A stretch of 64,000 nucleotides of DNA from NCBI GenBank assembly GCA_964016885.1, contig OZ024742.1, forward strand, positions 371,256,001-371,320,000, given 5' to 3'. Every line of letters begins with the position of its first letter. The stretch's first letter is position 1. Below, one piece after another: positions 1 to 15,000 of this stretch. The notes under the pieces are model-generated. The model was not told the DNA's origin, made no database searches, and saw only the letters and a list, made by a program, of their open reading frames with translations. Made by a program: the position numbers and the translations under genes. This stretch comes from Eledone cirrhosa (lineage: Eukaryota).

Positions 1-3000
1 CAGCCGTTCCTGTGATCAAACAAGTGGAACAGTTTCATGAACCAGCTGTTCCTGTGATCAAACAAGTGGAACAGTTTCATGAACCAGCTGTTCCTGTAAT
101 CAAACAAGTGGAACAGTTTCATGAACAGTTGTTCCTGTAATCAAACAAGTGGAACAGTTTCATGAACCAGCTGTTCTTGTAATCAAACAAGCATAACAGT
201 TTCATGAACCAGTTGTTTCTGTGATCAAACAAGCAGAACAGTTTCATGAACCAGTTGTATCTGTGATCAAACAAGTAGAACAGTTTCATGAACCAGCTGT
301 ATCTGTGATCAAACAAGTAGAACAGTTTCATGAACCAGTTACTGTGATCAAACAAGTAGAACAGTTTCATGAACCAGCTGTATCTGTGATCAAACAAGTG
401 GAACAGTTTCATGAACCAGTTGTTTCTGTGATCAAACAAGTGGAACAGTTTCATGAACCAGTTGTTTCTGTGATCAAACAAGTGGAACAGTTTCATGAAC
501 CAGTTGTTTCTGTGATCAAACAAGTGGAACAGTTTCATGAACCAGCTGTTCCTGTGATCAAACAAGTGGAACAGTTTCATGAACCAGCTGTTCCTGTGAT
601 CAAACAAGTGGAACAGTTTCATGAACCAGCTGTTCCTGTAATCAAACAAGTGGAACAGTTTCATGAACCAGCTGTTCCTGTAATCAAACAAGTGGAACAG
701 TTTCATGAACAGTTGTTCCTGTAATCAAACAAGTGGAACAGTTTCATGAACCAGCTGTTCTTGTAATCAAACAAGTGGAACAGTTTCATGAACCAGCTGT
801 TCTTGTAATCAAACAAGTGGAACAGTTTCATGAACCAGCTGTTCTTGTAATCAAACAAGTAGAACAGTTTCATGAACCAGTTGTTTCCGTGATCAAACAA
901 GTAGAACAGTTTCATGAACCAGTTGTTTCTGTGATCAAACAAGTAGAACAGTTTCATGAACCAGTTGTTTCTGTGATCAAACAAGTAGAACAGTTTCATG
1001 AACCAGTTGTTTCTGTGATCAAACAAGTAGAACAGTTTCATGAACCAGTTGTTTCTGTGATCAAACAAGTAGAACAGTTTCATGAACCAGTTGTTTCTGT
1101 GATCAAACAAGTGGAACAGTTTCATGAACCAGCTGTTCCTGTGATCAAACAAGTGGAACAGTTTCATGAACCAGCTGTTCCTGTAATCAAACAAGTGGAA
1201 CAGTTTCATGAACCAGCTGTTCTTGTAATCAAACAAGTATAACAGTTTCATGAACCAGTTGTTAATGTGATCAAACAAGTAGAACAGTTTCATGAACCAG
1301 CTGTTTCTGTGATCAAACAAGTGGAACAGTTTCATGAACCAGTTGTTTCTCTGATCAAACAAGTGGAACAGTTTCATGAACCAGTTGTTCCTGTGATCAA
1401 ACAAGTGGAACAGTTTCATGAACCAGCTGTTCCTGTAATCAAACAAGTGGAACAGTTTCATGAACCAGCTGTTCCTGTAATCAAACAAGTGGAACAGTTT
1501 CATGAACCAGCTGTATCTGTGATCAAACAACTGGAACAGTTTCATAAACCAGTTGTTTCTGTGATCAAACAAGTAGAACAGTTTCATAAACCAGTTGTTT
1601 CTGTGATCAAACAAGTGGCACAGTTTCATAAATCAATTGTTTCTGTGATCAAACAAGTGGAACAGTTTCATGAACCAGTTGTTTCTGTGATCAAACAAGT
1701 GGAACAGTTTCATGAACCAGTTGTTACTGTGATCAAACAAGTGGAACAGTTTCATAAACCAGTTGTTTCTGTGATCAAACAAGTGGAACAGTTTCATGAA
1801 CCAGCTGTTCCTGTAATCAAACAAGTGGAACAGTTTCATGAACCAGCTGTTCCTGTAATCAAACAAGTGGAACAGTTTCATGAACAGTTGTTCCTGTAAT
1901 CAAACAAGTGGAACAGTTTCATGAACCAGCTGTTCTTGTAATCAAACAAGCATAACAGTTTCATGAACCAGTTGTTTCTGTGATCAAACAAGCAGAACAG
2001 TTTCATGAACCAGTTGTTTCCGTGATCAAACAAGTAGAACAGTTTCATGAACCAGTTGTTTCTGTGATCAAACAAGTAGAACAGTTTCATGAACCAGTTG
2101 TTTCTGTGATCAAAGAAGTAGAACAGTTTCATGAACCAGTTGTTTCTGTGATCAAACAAGTAGAACAGTTTCATGAACCAGTTGTTTCTGTGATCAAGCA
2201 AGTGGAACAGTTTCATGAACCAGCTGTTCCTGTGATCAAACAAGTGGAACAGTTTCATGAACCAGCTGTTCCTGTAATCAAACAAGTGGAACAGTTTCAT
2301 GAACCAGCTGTTCTTGTAATCAAACAAGTATAACAGTTTCATGAACCAGTTGTTAATGTGATCAAACAAGTAGAACAGTTTCATGAACCAGTTGTTCCTG
2401 TGATCAAACAAGTGGAACAGTTTCATGAACAAGCTGTATCTGTGATCAAACAAGTGGAACAGTTTCATGAACCAGCTGTTACTGTGATCAAACAAGTGGA
2501 ACAGTTTCATGAACCAGTTGTTTCTGTGATCAAACAAGTGGAACAGTTTCATGAACCAGTTGTTCCTGTGATCAAACAAGTGGAACAGTTTCATGAACAA
2601 GCTGTATCTGTGATCAAACAAGTGGAACAGTTTCATGAACCAGCTGTTACTGTGATCAAACAAGTGGAACAGTTTCATGAACCAGTTGTTTCTGTGATCA
2701 AACAAGTGGAACAGTTTCATGAACCAGCTGTTCCTGTAATCAAACAAGTAGAACAGTTTCATGAACCAGTTGTTTCTGTGATCAAACAAGTGGAACAGTT
2801 TCATGAACCAGTTGTTTCTGTGATCAAACAAGTGGAACAGTTTCATGAACCAGCTGTTCCTGTGATCAAACAAGTAGAACAGTTTCATGAACCAGCCGTT
2901 CCTGTGATCAAACAAGTGGAACAGTTTCATGAACCAGCTGTTCCTGTAATCAAACAAGTGGAACAGTTTCATGAACCAGCTGTTCCTGTAATCAAACAAG

Positions 3001-6000
3001 TGGAACAGTTTCATGAACCAGCTGTATCTGTGATCAAACAACTGGAACAGTTTTATAAACCAGTTGTTTCTGTGATCAAACAAGTAGAACAGTTTCATAA
3101 ACCAGTTGTTCCTGTGATCAAACAAGTGGCACAGTTTCATGAACCAGTTGTTACTGTGATCAAACAAGTGGAACAGTTTCATGAACCAGTTGTTACTGTG
3201 ATCAAACAAGTAGAACAGTTTCATGAACCAGTTGTTTCTGTGATCAAACAAGTAGAACAGTTTCATGAACCAGTTGTTTCTGTGATCAAACAAGTAGAAC
3301 AGTTTCATGAACCAGTTGTTACTGTGATCAAACAAGTGGAACAGTTTCATGAACCAGTTGTTACTGTGATCAAACAAGTAGAACAGTTTCATGAACCAGT
3401 TGTTTCTGTGATCAAACAAGTAGAACAGTTTCATGAACCAGTTGTTTCCGTGATCAAACAAGTAGAACAGTTTCATGAACCAGTTGTTTCTGTGATCAAA
3501 CAAGTAGAACAGTTTCATGAACCAGTTGTTTCTGTGATCAAACAAGTAGAACAGTTTCATGAACCAGTTGTTTCTGTGATCAAACAAGTGGAACAGTTTC
3601 ATGAACCAGCTGTTCCTGTGATCAAACAAGTGGAACAGTTTCATGAACCAGCTGTTCCTGTAATCAAACAGGTGGAACAGTTTCATGAACCAGCTGTTCT
3701 TGTAATCAAACAAGTATAACAGTTTCATGAACCAGTTGTTAATGTGATCAAACAAGTAGAACAGTTTCATGAACCAGTTGTTTCTCTGATCAAACAAGTG
3801 GAACAGTTTCATGAACCAGCTATATTCTGTGATCAAACAAGTGGAACAGTTTCATGAACCAGCTGTATCTGTGATCAAACAAGTGGAACAGTTTCATGAA
3901 CAAGCTGTTACTGTGATCAAACAAGTGGAACAGTTTCATGAACCAGTTGTTTCTGTGATCAAACAAGTGGAACAGTTTCATGAACGAGTTGTTCCTGTGA
4001 TCAAACAAGTGGAACAGTTTCATGAACCAGCTGTATTCTGTGATCAAACAAGTGGAACAGTTTCATGAACCAGCTGTATCTGTGAGCAAACAAGTGGAAC
4101 AGTTTCATGAACAAGCTGTTACTGTGATCAAACAAGTGGAACAGTTTCATGAACCAGTTGTTTCTGTGATCAAACAAGTGGAACAGTTTCATGAACCAGT
4201 TGTTCTTGTGATCAAACAAGTGGAACAGTTTCATGAACCAGCTGTATCTGTGATCAAACAAGTGGAACAGTTTCATGAACCAGTTGTTTCTGTGATCAAA
4301 CAAGTGGAACAGTTTCATGAACCAGTTGTTTCTGTGATCAAACAAGTGGAACAGTTTCATGAACCAGTTGTTTCTGTGATCAAACAAGTGGAACAGTTTC
4401 ATGAACCAGTTGTTTCTGTGATCAAACAAGTGGAACAGTTTCATGAACCAGTTGTTTCTGTGATCAAACAAGTGGAACAGTTTCATGAACCAGTTGTTTC
4501 TGTGATCAAACAAGTGGAACAGTTTCATGAACCAGTTGTTTCTGTGATCAAACAAGTGGAACAGTTTCATGAACCAGCTGTTCCTGTAATCAAACAAGTA
4601 AACAGTTTCATGCACCAGTTGTTTCTGTTTTCAAATAAGTGGAACAGTTTCATGAACCAGTCGTTACTGTGATCAAACAAGTGGAACATTTCATGAACCA
4701 GCTGTTCCTGTAATCAAACAAGTGGAACAGTTTCATGAACCAGTTGTTTCTGTGATCAAACAAGTAGAACAGTTTCATGAACCAGTTGTTTCCGTGATCA
4801 AACAAGTGGAACAGTTTCATGAACCAGTTGTTTCTGTGATCAAACAGGTGGAACAGTTTCATGAACCAGTTGTTTCTGTGATCAAACAGGTGGAACAGTT
4901 TCATAAACCAGTTGTTTCTGTGATCAAACAAGTGGAACAGTTTCATGAACCAGTTGTATCTGTGATCAAACAAGTATAACAGTTTCATGTACCAGTTGTT
5001 TCTGTGATCAAACAAGTGGAACAGTTTCATGAACCAGTTGTTACTATGATCAAACAAGTAGAACAGTTTCATGAACCAGTTGTTTCTGTGATCAAACTAG
5101 TGGAACAGTTTCATGAACCAGTTGTTTCTGTGATCAAACAAGTGGAACAGTTTCATGAACCAGTTGTTTCTGTGATCAAACAAGTAGAACAGTTTCATGA
5201 ACCAGCTGTTACTGTGATCAAACAAGTAGAACAGTTTCATGAACCAGTTACTGTGATCAAACAAGTAGAACAGTTTCATGAACCAGTTGTTTCTGTGATC
5301 AAACAAGTGGGACAGTTTCATGAACCAGTTGTTTCTGTGATCAAACAGGTGGGACAGTTTCATGAACCAGCTGTTCCTGTAATCAAACAAGTGGAACAGT
5401 TTCATGAACCAGTTGTTTCTGTGATCAAACAAGTGGAACAGTTTCATGAACCAGCTGTTCCTGTAATCAAACAAGTGGAACAGTTTCATGAACCAGTTGT
5501 TCCTGTAATCAAACAAGTGGAACAGTTTCATGAACCAGCTGTTCTTGTAATCAAACAAGCATAACAGTTTCATGAACCAGTTGTTTCTGTGATCAAACAA
5601 GTAGAACAGTTTCATGAACCAGTTGTTTCTGTGATCAAACAAGTAGAACAGTTTCATGAACCAGTTGTTTCTGTGATCAAACAAGTGGAACAGTTTCATG
5701 AACCAGCTGTTCCTGTAATCAAACAAGTGGAACAGTTTCATGAACAGTTGTTCCTGTAATCAAACAAGTGGAACAGTTTCATGAACCAGCTGTTCTTGTA
5801 ATCAAACAAGCATAACAGTTTCATGAACCAGTTGTTTCTGTGATCAAACAAGTAGAACAGTTTCATGAACCAGTTGTTTCTGTGATCAAACAAGTAGAAC
5901 AGTTTCATGAACCAGTTGTTTCTGTGATCAAACAAGTAGAACAGTTTCATGAACCAGTTGTTTCTGTGATCAAACAAGTGGAACAGTTTCATGAACCAGC

Positions 6001-9000
6001 TGTTCCTGTGATCAAATAAGTGGAACAGTTTCATGAACCAGCTGTTCTTGTAATCAAACAAGTGGAACAGTTTCATGAACCAGCTGTTCTTGTAATCAAA
6101 CAAGTAGAACAGTTTCATGAACCAGTTGTTTCCGTGATCAAACAAGTAGAACAGTTTCACGAACCAGTTGTTTCTGTGATCAAACAAGTAGAACAGTTTC
6201 ATGAACCAGTTGTTTCTGTGATCAAACAAGTAGAACAGTTTCATGAACCAGTTGTTTCTGTGATCAAACAAGTGGAACAGTTTCATGAACCAGCTGTTCC
6301 TGTGATCAAACAAGTGGAACAGTTTCATGAACCAGCTGTTCCTGTAATCAAACAAGTGGAACAGTTTCATGAAACAGCTGTTCTTGTAATCAAACAAGTA
6401 TAACAGTTTCATGAACGAGTTGTTAATGTGATCAAACAAGTGGAACAGTTTCATGAACCAGTTGTTTCTCTGATCAAACAAGTGGAACAGTTTCATGAAC
6501 CAGTTGTTTCTCTGATCAAACAAGTGGAACAGTTTCATGAACCAGTTGTTCCTGTGATCAAACAAGTGGAACAGTTTCATGAACCAGTTATTCCTGTGAT
6601 CAAACAAGTGGAACAGTTTCATGAACCAGTTATTCCTGTGATCAAACAAGTGGAACAGTTTCATGAACCAGTTGTTTCTGTGATCAAACAAGTGGAACAG
6701 TTTCATGAACCAGTTGTTCCTGTGATCAAACAAGTGGAACAGTTTCATGAACCAGCTGTTCCTGTAATCAAACAAGTGGAACAGTTTCATGAACCAGCTG
6801 TTCCTGTAATCAAACAAGTGGAACAGTTTCATGAACCAGCTGTATCTGTGATCAAACAACTGGAACAGTTTCATAAACCAGTTGTTTCTGTGATCAAACA
6901 AGTAGAACAGTTTCATAAACCAGTTGTTTCTGTGATCAAACAAGTGGCACAGTTTCATAAATCAATTGTTTCTGTGATCAAACAAGTGGAACAGTTTCAT
7001 GAACCAGTTGTTTCTGTGATCAAACAAGTGGAACAGTTTCATGAACCAGCTGTATCTGTGATCAAACAAGTGGAACAGTTTCATGAACCAGTTGTTACTG
7101 TGATCAAACAAGTAGAACAGTTTCATGAACCAGCTGTATCTGTGATCAAACAAGTAGAACAGTTTCATGAACCAGCTGTATCTGTGATCAAACAAGTAGA
7201 ACAGTTTCATGAACCAGTTACTGTGATCAAACAAGTAGAACAGTTTCATGAACCAGCTGTATCTGTGATCAAACAAGTGGAACAGTTTCATGAACCAGTT
7301 GTTTCTGTGATCAAACAAGTGGAACAGTTTCATGAACCAGTTGTTTCTGTGATCAAACAAGTGGAACAGTTTCATGAACCAGTTGTTTCTGTGATCAAAC
7401 AAGTGGAACAGTTTCATGAACCAGTTGTTTCTGTGATCAAACAAGTGGAACAGTTTCATGAACCAGCTGTTCCTGTGATCAAACAAGTGTAACAGTTTCA
7501 TGAACCAGCCGTTCCTGTGATCAAACAAGTGGAACAGTTTCATGAACCAGCTGTTCCTGTAATCAAACAAGTGGAACAGTTTCATGAACCAGCTGTTCCT
7601 GTAATCAAACAAGTGGAACAGTTTCATGAACAGTTGTTCCTGTAATCAAACAAGTGGAACAGTTTCATGAACCAGCTGTTCTTGTAATCAAACAAGTGGA
7701 ACAGTTTCATGAACCAGCTGTTCTTGTAATCAAACAAGTGGAACAGTTTCATGAACCAGCTGTTCTTGTAATCAAACAAGTAGAACAGTTTCATGAACCA
7801 GTTGTTTCCGTGATCAAACAAGTAGAACAGTTTCATGAACCAGTTGTTTCTGTGATCAAACAAGTAGAACAGTTTCATGAACCAGTTGTTTCTGTGATCA
7901 AACAAGTAGAACAGTTTCATGAACCAGTTGTTTCTGTGATCAAACAAGTAGAACAGTTTCATGAACCAGTTGTTTCTGTGATCAAACAAGTGGAACAGTT
8001 TCATGAACCAGCTGTTCCTGTGATCAAACAAGTGGAACAGTTTCATGAACCAGCTGTTCCTGTAATCAAACAAGTGGAACAGTTTCATGAACCAGCTGTT
8101 CTTGTAATCAAACAAGTATAACAGTTTCATGAACCAGTTGTTAATGTGATCAAACAAGTAGAACAGTTTCATGAACCAGCTGTTTCTGTGATCAAACAAG
8201 TGGAACAGTTTCATGAACCAGTTGTTTCTCTGATCAAACAAGTGGAACAGTTTCATGAACCAGTTGTTCCTGTGATCAAACAAGTGGAACAGTTTCATGA
8301 ACCAGCTGTTCCTGTAATCAAACAAGTGGAACAGTTTCATGAACCAGCTGTTCCTGTAATCAAACAAGTGGAACAGTTTCATGAACCAGCTGTATCTGTG
8401 ATCAAACAACTGGAACAGTTTCATAAACCAGTTGTTTCTGTGATCAAACAAGTAGAACAGTTTCATAAACCAGTTGTTTCTGTGATCAAACAAGTGGCAC
8501 AGTTTCATAAATCAATTGTTTCTGTGATCAAACAAGTGGAACAGTTTCATGAACCAGTTGTTTCTGTGATCAAACAAGTGGAACAGTTTCATGAACCAGT
8601 TGTTACTGTGATCAAACAAGTGGAACAGTTTCATAAACCAGTTGTTTCTGTGATCAAACAAGTGGAACAGTTTCATGAACCAGCTGTTCCTGTGATCAAA
8701 CAAGTGGAACAGTTTCATGAACCAGCTGTTCCTGTGATCAAACAAGTGGAACAGTTTCATGAACCAGCTGTTCCTGTAATCAAACAAGTGGAACAGTTTC
8801 ATGAACAGTTGTTCCTGTAATCAAACAAGTGGAACAGTTTCATGAACCAGCTGTTCTTGTAATCAAACAAGCATAACAGTTTCATGAACCAGTTGTTTCT
8901 GTGATCAAACAAGCAGAACAGTTTCATGAACCAGTTGTATCTGTGATCAAACAAGTAGAACAGTTTCATGAACCAGCTGTATCTGTGATCAAACAAGTAG

Positions 9001-12000
9001 AACAGTTTCATGAACCAGTTACTGTGATCAAACAAGTAGAACAGTTTCATGAACCAGCTGTATCTGTGATCAAACAAGTGGAACAGTTTCATGAACCAGT
9101 TGTTTCTGTGATCAAACAAGTGGAACAGTTTCATGAACCAGTTGTTTCTGTGATCAAACAAGTGGAACAGTTTCATGAACCAGTTGTTTCTGTGATCAAA
9201 CAAGTGGAACAGTTTCATGAACCAGCTGTTCCTGTGATCAAACAAGTGGAACAGTTTCATGAACCAGCTGTTCCTGTGATCAAACAAGTGGAACAGTTTC
9301 ATGAACCAGCTGTTCCTGTAATCAAACAAGTGGAACAGTTTCATGAACCAGCTGTTCCTGTAATCAAACAAGTGGAACAGTTTCATGAACAGTTGTTCCT
9401 GTAATCAAACAAGTGGAACAGTTTCATGAACCAGCTGTTCTTGTAATCAAACAAGTGGAACAGTTTCATGAACCAGCTGTTCTTGTAATCAAACAAGTGG
9501 AACAGTTTCATGAACCAGCTGTTCTTGTAATCAAACAAGTAGAACAGTTTCATGAACCAGTTGTTTCCGTGATCAAACAAGTAGAACAGTTTCATGAACC
9601 AGTTGTTTCTGTGATCAAACAAGTAGAACAGTTTCATGAACCAGTTGTTTCTGTGATCAAACAAGTAGAACAGTTTCATGAACCAGTTGTTTCTGTGATC
9701 AAACAAGTAGAACAGTTTCATGAACCAGTTGTTTCTGTGATCAAACAAGTAGAACAGTTTCATGAACCAGTTGTTTCTGTGATCAAACAAGTGGAACAGT
9801 TTCATGAACCAGCTGTTCCTGTGATCAAACAAGTGGAACAGTTTCATGAACCAGCTGTTCCTGTAATCAAACAAGTGGAACAGTTTCATGAACCAGCTGT
9901 TCTTGTAATCAAACAAGTATAACAGTTTCATGAACCAGTTGTTAATGTGATCAAACAAGTAGAACAGTTTCATGAACCAGCTGTTTCTGTGATCAAACAA
10001 GTGGAACAGTTTCATGAACCAGTTGTTTCTCTGATCAAACAAGTGGAACAGTTTCATGAACCAGTTGTTCCTGTGATCAAACAAGTGGAACAGTTTCATG
10101 AACCAGCTGTTCCTGTAATCAAACAAGTGGAACAGTTTCATGAACCAGCTGTTCCTGTAATCAAACAAGTGGAACAGTTTCATGAACCAGCTGTATCTGT
10201 GATCAAACAACTGGAACAGTTTCATAAACCAGTTGTTTCTGTGATCAAACAAGTAGAACAGTTTCATAAACCAGTTGTTTCTGTGATCAAACAAGTGGCA
10301 CAGTTTCATAAATCAATTGTTTCTGTGATCAAACAAGTGGAACAGTTTCATGAACCAGTTGTTTCTGTGATCAAACAAGTGGAACAGTTTCATGAACCAG
10401 TTGTTACTGTGATCAAACAAGTGGAACAGTTTCATAAACCAGTTGTTTCTGTGATCAAACAAGTGGAACAGTTTCATGAACCAGCTGTTCCTGTAATCAA
10501 ACAAGTGGAACAGTTTCATGAACCAGCTGTTCCTGTAATCAAACAAGTGGAACAGTTTCATGAACAGTTGTTCCTGTAATCAAACAAGTGGAACAGTTTC
10601 ATGAACCAGCTGTTCTTGTAATCAAACAAGCATAACAGTTTCATGAACCAGTTGTTTCTGTGATCAAACAAGCAGAACAGTTTCATGAACCAGTTGTTTC
10701 CGTGATCAAACAAGTAGAACAGTTTCATGAACCAGTTGTTTCTGTGATCAAACAAGTAGAACAGTTTCATGAACCAGTTGTTTCTGTGATCAAAGAAGTA
10801 GAACAGTTTCATGAACCAGTTGTTTCTGTGATCAAACAAGTAGAACAGTTTCATGAACCAGTTGTTTCTGTGATCAAGCAAGTGGAACAGTTTCATGAAC
10901 CAGCTGTTCCTGTGATCAAACAAGTGGAACAGTTTCATGAACCAGCTGTTCCTGTAATCAAACAAGTGGAACAGTTTCATGAACCAGCTGTTCTTGTAAT
11001 CAAACAAGTATAACAGTTTCATGAACCAGTTGTTAATGTGATCAAACAAGTAGAACAGTTTCATGAACCAGTTGTTCCTGTGATCAAACAAGTGGAACAG
11101 TTTCATGAACAAGCTGTATCTGTGATCAAACAAGTGGAACAGTTTCATGAACCAGCTGTTACTGTGATCAAACAAGTGGAACAGTTTCATGAACCAGTTG
11201 TTTCTGTGATCAAACAAGTGGAACAGTTTCATGAACCAGTTGTTCCTGTGATCAAACAAGTGGAACAGTTTCATGAACAAGCTGTATCTGTGATCAAACA
11301 AGTGGAACAGTTTCATGAACCAGCTGTTACTGTGATCAAACAAGTGGAACAGTTTCATGAACCAGTTGTTTCTGTGATCAAACAAGTGGAACAGTTTCAT
11401 GAACCAGCTGTTCCTGTAATCAAACAAGTAGAACAGTTTCATGAACCAGTTGTTTCTGTGATCAAACAAGTGGAACAGTTTCATGAACCAGTTGTTTCTG
11501 TGATCAAACAAGTGGAACAGTTTCATGAACCAGCTGTTCCTGTGATCAAACAAGTAGAACAGTTTCATGAACCAGCCGTTCCTGTGATCAAACAAGTGGA
11601 ACAGTTTCATGAACCAGCTGTTCCTGTAATCAAACAAGTGGAACAGTTTCATGAACCAGCTGTTCCTGTAATCAAACAAGTGGAACAGTTTCATGAACCA
11701 GCTGTATCTGTGATCAAACAACTGGAACAGTTTTATAAACCAGTTGTTTCTGTGATCAAACAAGTAGAACAGTTTCATAAACCAGTTGTTCCTGTGATCA
11801 AACAAGTGGCACAGTTTCATGAACCAGTTGTTACTGTGATCAAACAAGTGGAACAGTTTCATGAACCAGTTGTTACTGTGATCAAACAAGTAGAACAGTT
11901 TCATGAACCAGTTGTTTCTGTGATCAAACAAGTAGAACAGTTTCATGAACCAGTTGTTTCTGTGATCAAACAAGTAGAACAGTTTCATGAACCAGTTGTT

Positions 12001-15000
12001 ACTGTGATCAAACAAGTGGAACAGTTTCATGAACCAGTTGTTACTGTGATCAAACAAGTAGAACAGTTTCATGAACCAGTTGTTTCTGTGATCAAACAAG
12101 TAGAACAGTTTCATGAACCAGTTGTTTCCGTGATCAAACAAGTAGAACAGTTTCATGAACCAGTTGTTTCTGTGATCAAACAAGTAGAACAGTTTCATGA
12201 ACCAGTTGTTTCTGTGATCAAACAAGTAGAACAGTTTCATGAACCAGTTGTTTCTGTGATCAAACAAGTGGAACAGTTTCATGAACCAGCTGTTCCTGTG
12301 ATCAAACAAGTGGAACAGTTTCATGAACCAGCTGTTCCTGTAATCAAACAGGTGGAACAGTTTCATGAACCAGCTGTTCTTGTAATCAAACAAGTATAAC
12401 AGTTTCATGAACCAGTTGTTAATGTGATCAAACAAGTAGAACAGTTTCATGAACCAGTTGTTTCTCTGATCAAACAAGTGGAACAGTTTCATGAACCAGC
12501 TATATTCTGTGATCAAACAAGTGGAACAGTTTCATGAACCAGCTGTATCTGTGATCAAACAAGTGGAACAGTTTCATGAACAAGCTGTTACTGTGATCAA
12601 ACAAGTGGAACAGTTTCATGAACCAGTTGTTTCTGTGATCAAACAAGTGGAACAGTTTCATGAACGAGTTGTTCCTGTGATCAAACAAGTGGAACAGTTT
12701 CATGAACCAGCTGTATTCTGTGATCAAACAAGTGGAACAGTTTCATGAACCAGCTGTATCTGTGAGCAAACAAGTGGAACAGTTTCATGAACAAGCTGTT
12801 ACTGTGATCAAACAAGTGGAACAGTTTCATGAACCAGTTGTTTCTGTGATCAAACAAGTGGAACAGTTTCATGAACCAGTTGTTCTTGTGATCAAACAAG
12901 TGGAACAGTTTCATGAACCAGCTGTATCTGTGATCAAACAAGTGGAACAGTTTCATGAACCAGTTGTTTCTGTGATCAAACAAGTGGAACAGTTTCATGA
13001 ACCAGTTGTTTCTGTGATCAAACAAGTGGAACAGTTTCATGAACCAGTTGTTTCTGTGATCAAACAAGTGGAACAGTTTCATGAACCAGTTGTTTCTGTG
13101 ATCAAACAAGTGGAACAGTTTCATGAACCAGTTGTTTCTGTGATCAAACAAGTGGAACAGTTTCATGAACCAGTTGTTTCTGTGATCAAACAAGTGGAAC
13201 AGTTTCATGAACCAGTTGTTTCTGTGATCAAACAAGTGGAACAGTTTCATGAACCAGCTGTTCCTGTAATCAAACAAGTAAACAGTTTCATGCACCAGTT
13301 GTTTCTGTTTTCAAATAAGTGGAACAGTTTCATGAACCAGTCGTTACTGTGATCAAACAAGTGGAACATTTCATGAACCAGCTGTTCCTGTAATCAAACA
13401 AGTGGAACAGTTTCATGAACCAGTTGTTTCTGTGATCAAACAAGTAGAACAGTTTCATGAACCAGTTGTTTCCGTGATCAAACAAGTGGAACAGTTTCAT
13501 GAACCAGTTGTTTCTGTGATCAAACAGGTGGAACAGTTTCATGAACCAGTTGTTTCTGTGATCAAACAGGTGGAACAGTTTCATAAACCAGTTGTTTCTG
13601 TGATCAAACAAGTGGAACAGTTTCATGAACCAGTTGTATCTGTGATCAAACAAGTATAACAGTTTCATGTACCAGTTGTTTCTGTGATCAAACAAGTGGA
13701 ACAGTTTCATGAACCAGTTGTTACTATGATCAAACAAGTAGAACAGTTTCATGAACCAGTTGTTTCTGTGATCAAACTAGTGGAACAGTTTCATGAACCA
13801 GTTGTTTCTGTGATCAAACAAGTGGAACAGTTTCATGAACCAGTTGTTTCTGTGATCAAACAAGTAGAACAGTTTCATGAACCAGCTGTTACTGTGATCA
13901 AACAAGTAGAACAGTTTCATGAACCAGTTACTGTGATCAAACAAGTAGAACAGTTTCATGAACCAGTTGTTTCTGTGATCAAACAAGTGGGACAGTTTCA
14001 TGAACCAGTTGTTTCTGTGATCAAACAGGTGGGACAGTTTCATGAACCAGCTGTTCCTGTAATCAAACAAGTGGAACAGTTTCATGAACCAGTTGTTTCT
14101 GTGATCAAACAAGTGGAACAGTTTCATGAACCAGCTGTTCCTGTAATCAAACAAGTGGAACAGTTTCATGAACCAGTTGTTCCTGTAATCAAACAAGTGG
14201 AACAGTTTCATGAACCAGCTGTTCTTGTAATCAAACAAGCATAACAGTTTCATGAACCAGTTGTTTCTGTGATCAAACAAGTAGAACAGTTTCATGAACC
14301 AGTTGTTTCTGTGATCAAACAAGTAGAACAGTTTCATGAACCAGTTGTTTCTGTGATCAAACAAGTGGAACAGTTTCATGAACCAGCTGTTCCTGTAATC
14401 AAACAAGTGGAACAGTTTCATGAACAGTTGTTCCTGTAATCAAACAAGTGGAACAGTTTCATGAACCAGCTGTTCTTGTAATCAAACAAGCATAACAGTT
14501 TCATGAACCAGTTGTTTCTGTGATCAAACAAGTAGAACAGTTTCATGAACCAGTTGTTTCTGTGATCAAACAAGTAGAACAGTTTCATGAACCAGTTGTT
14601 TCTGTGATCAAACAAGTAGAACAGTTTCATGAACCAGTTGTTTCTGTGATCAAACAAGTGGAACAGTTTCATGAACCAGCTGTTCCTGTGATCAAATAAG
14701 TGGAACAGTTTCATGAACCAGCTGTTCCTGTAATCAAACAAGTGGAACAGTTTCATGAACCAGCTGTTCTTGTAATCAAACAAGTATAACAGTTTCATGA
14801 ACCAGTTGTTAATGTGATCAAACAAGTAGAACAGTTTCATGAACCAGTTGTTTCTGTGATCAAACAAGTGGAACAGTTTCATGAACCAGTTGTTTCTGTG
14901 ATCAAACAAGTGGAACAGTTTCATGAACCAGCTGTATTCTGTGATCAAACAAGTGGAAGAGTTTCATGAACCAGTTGTTTCTGTGATCAAACAAGTGGAA

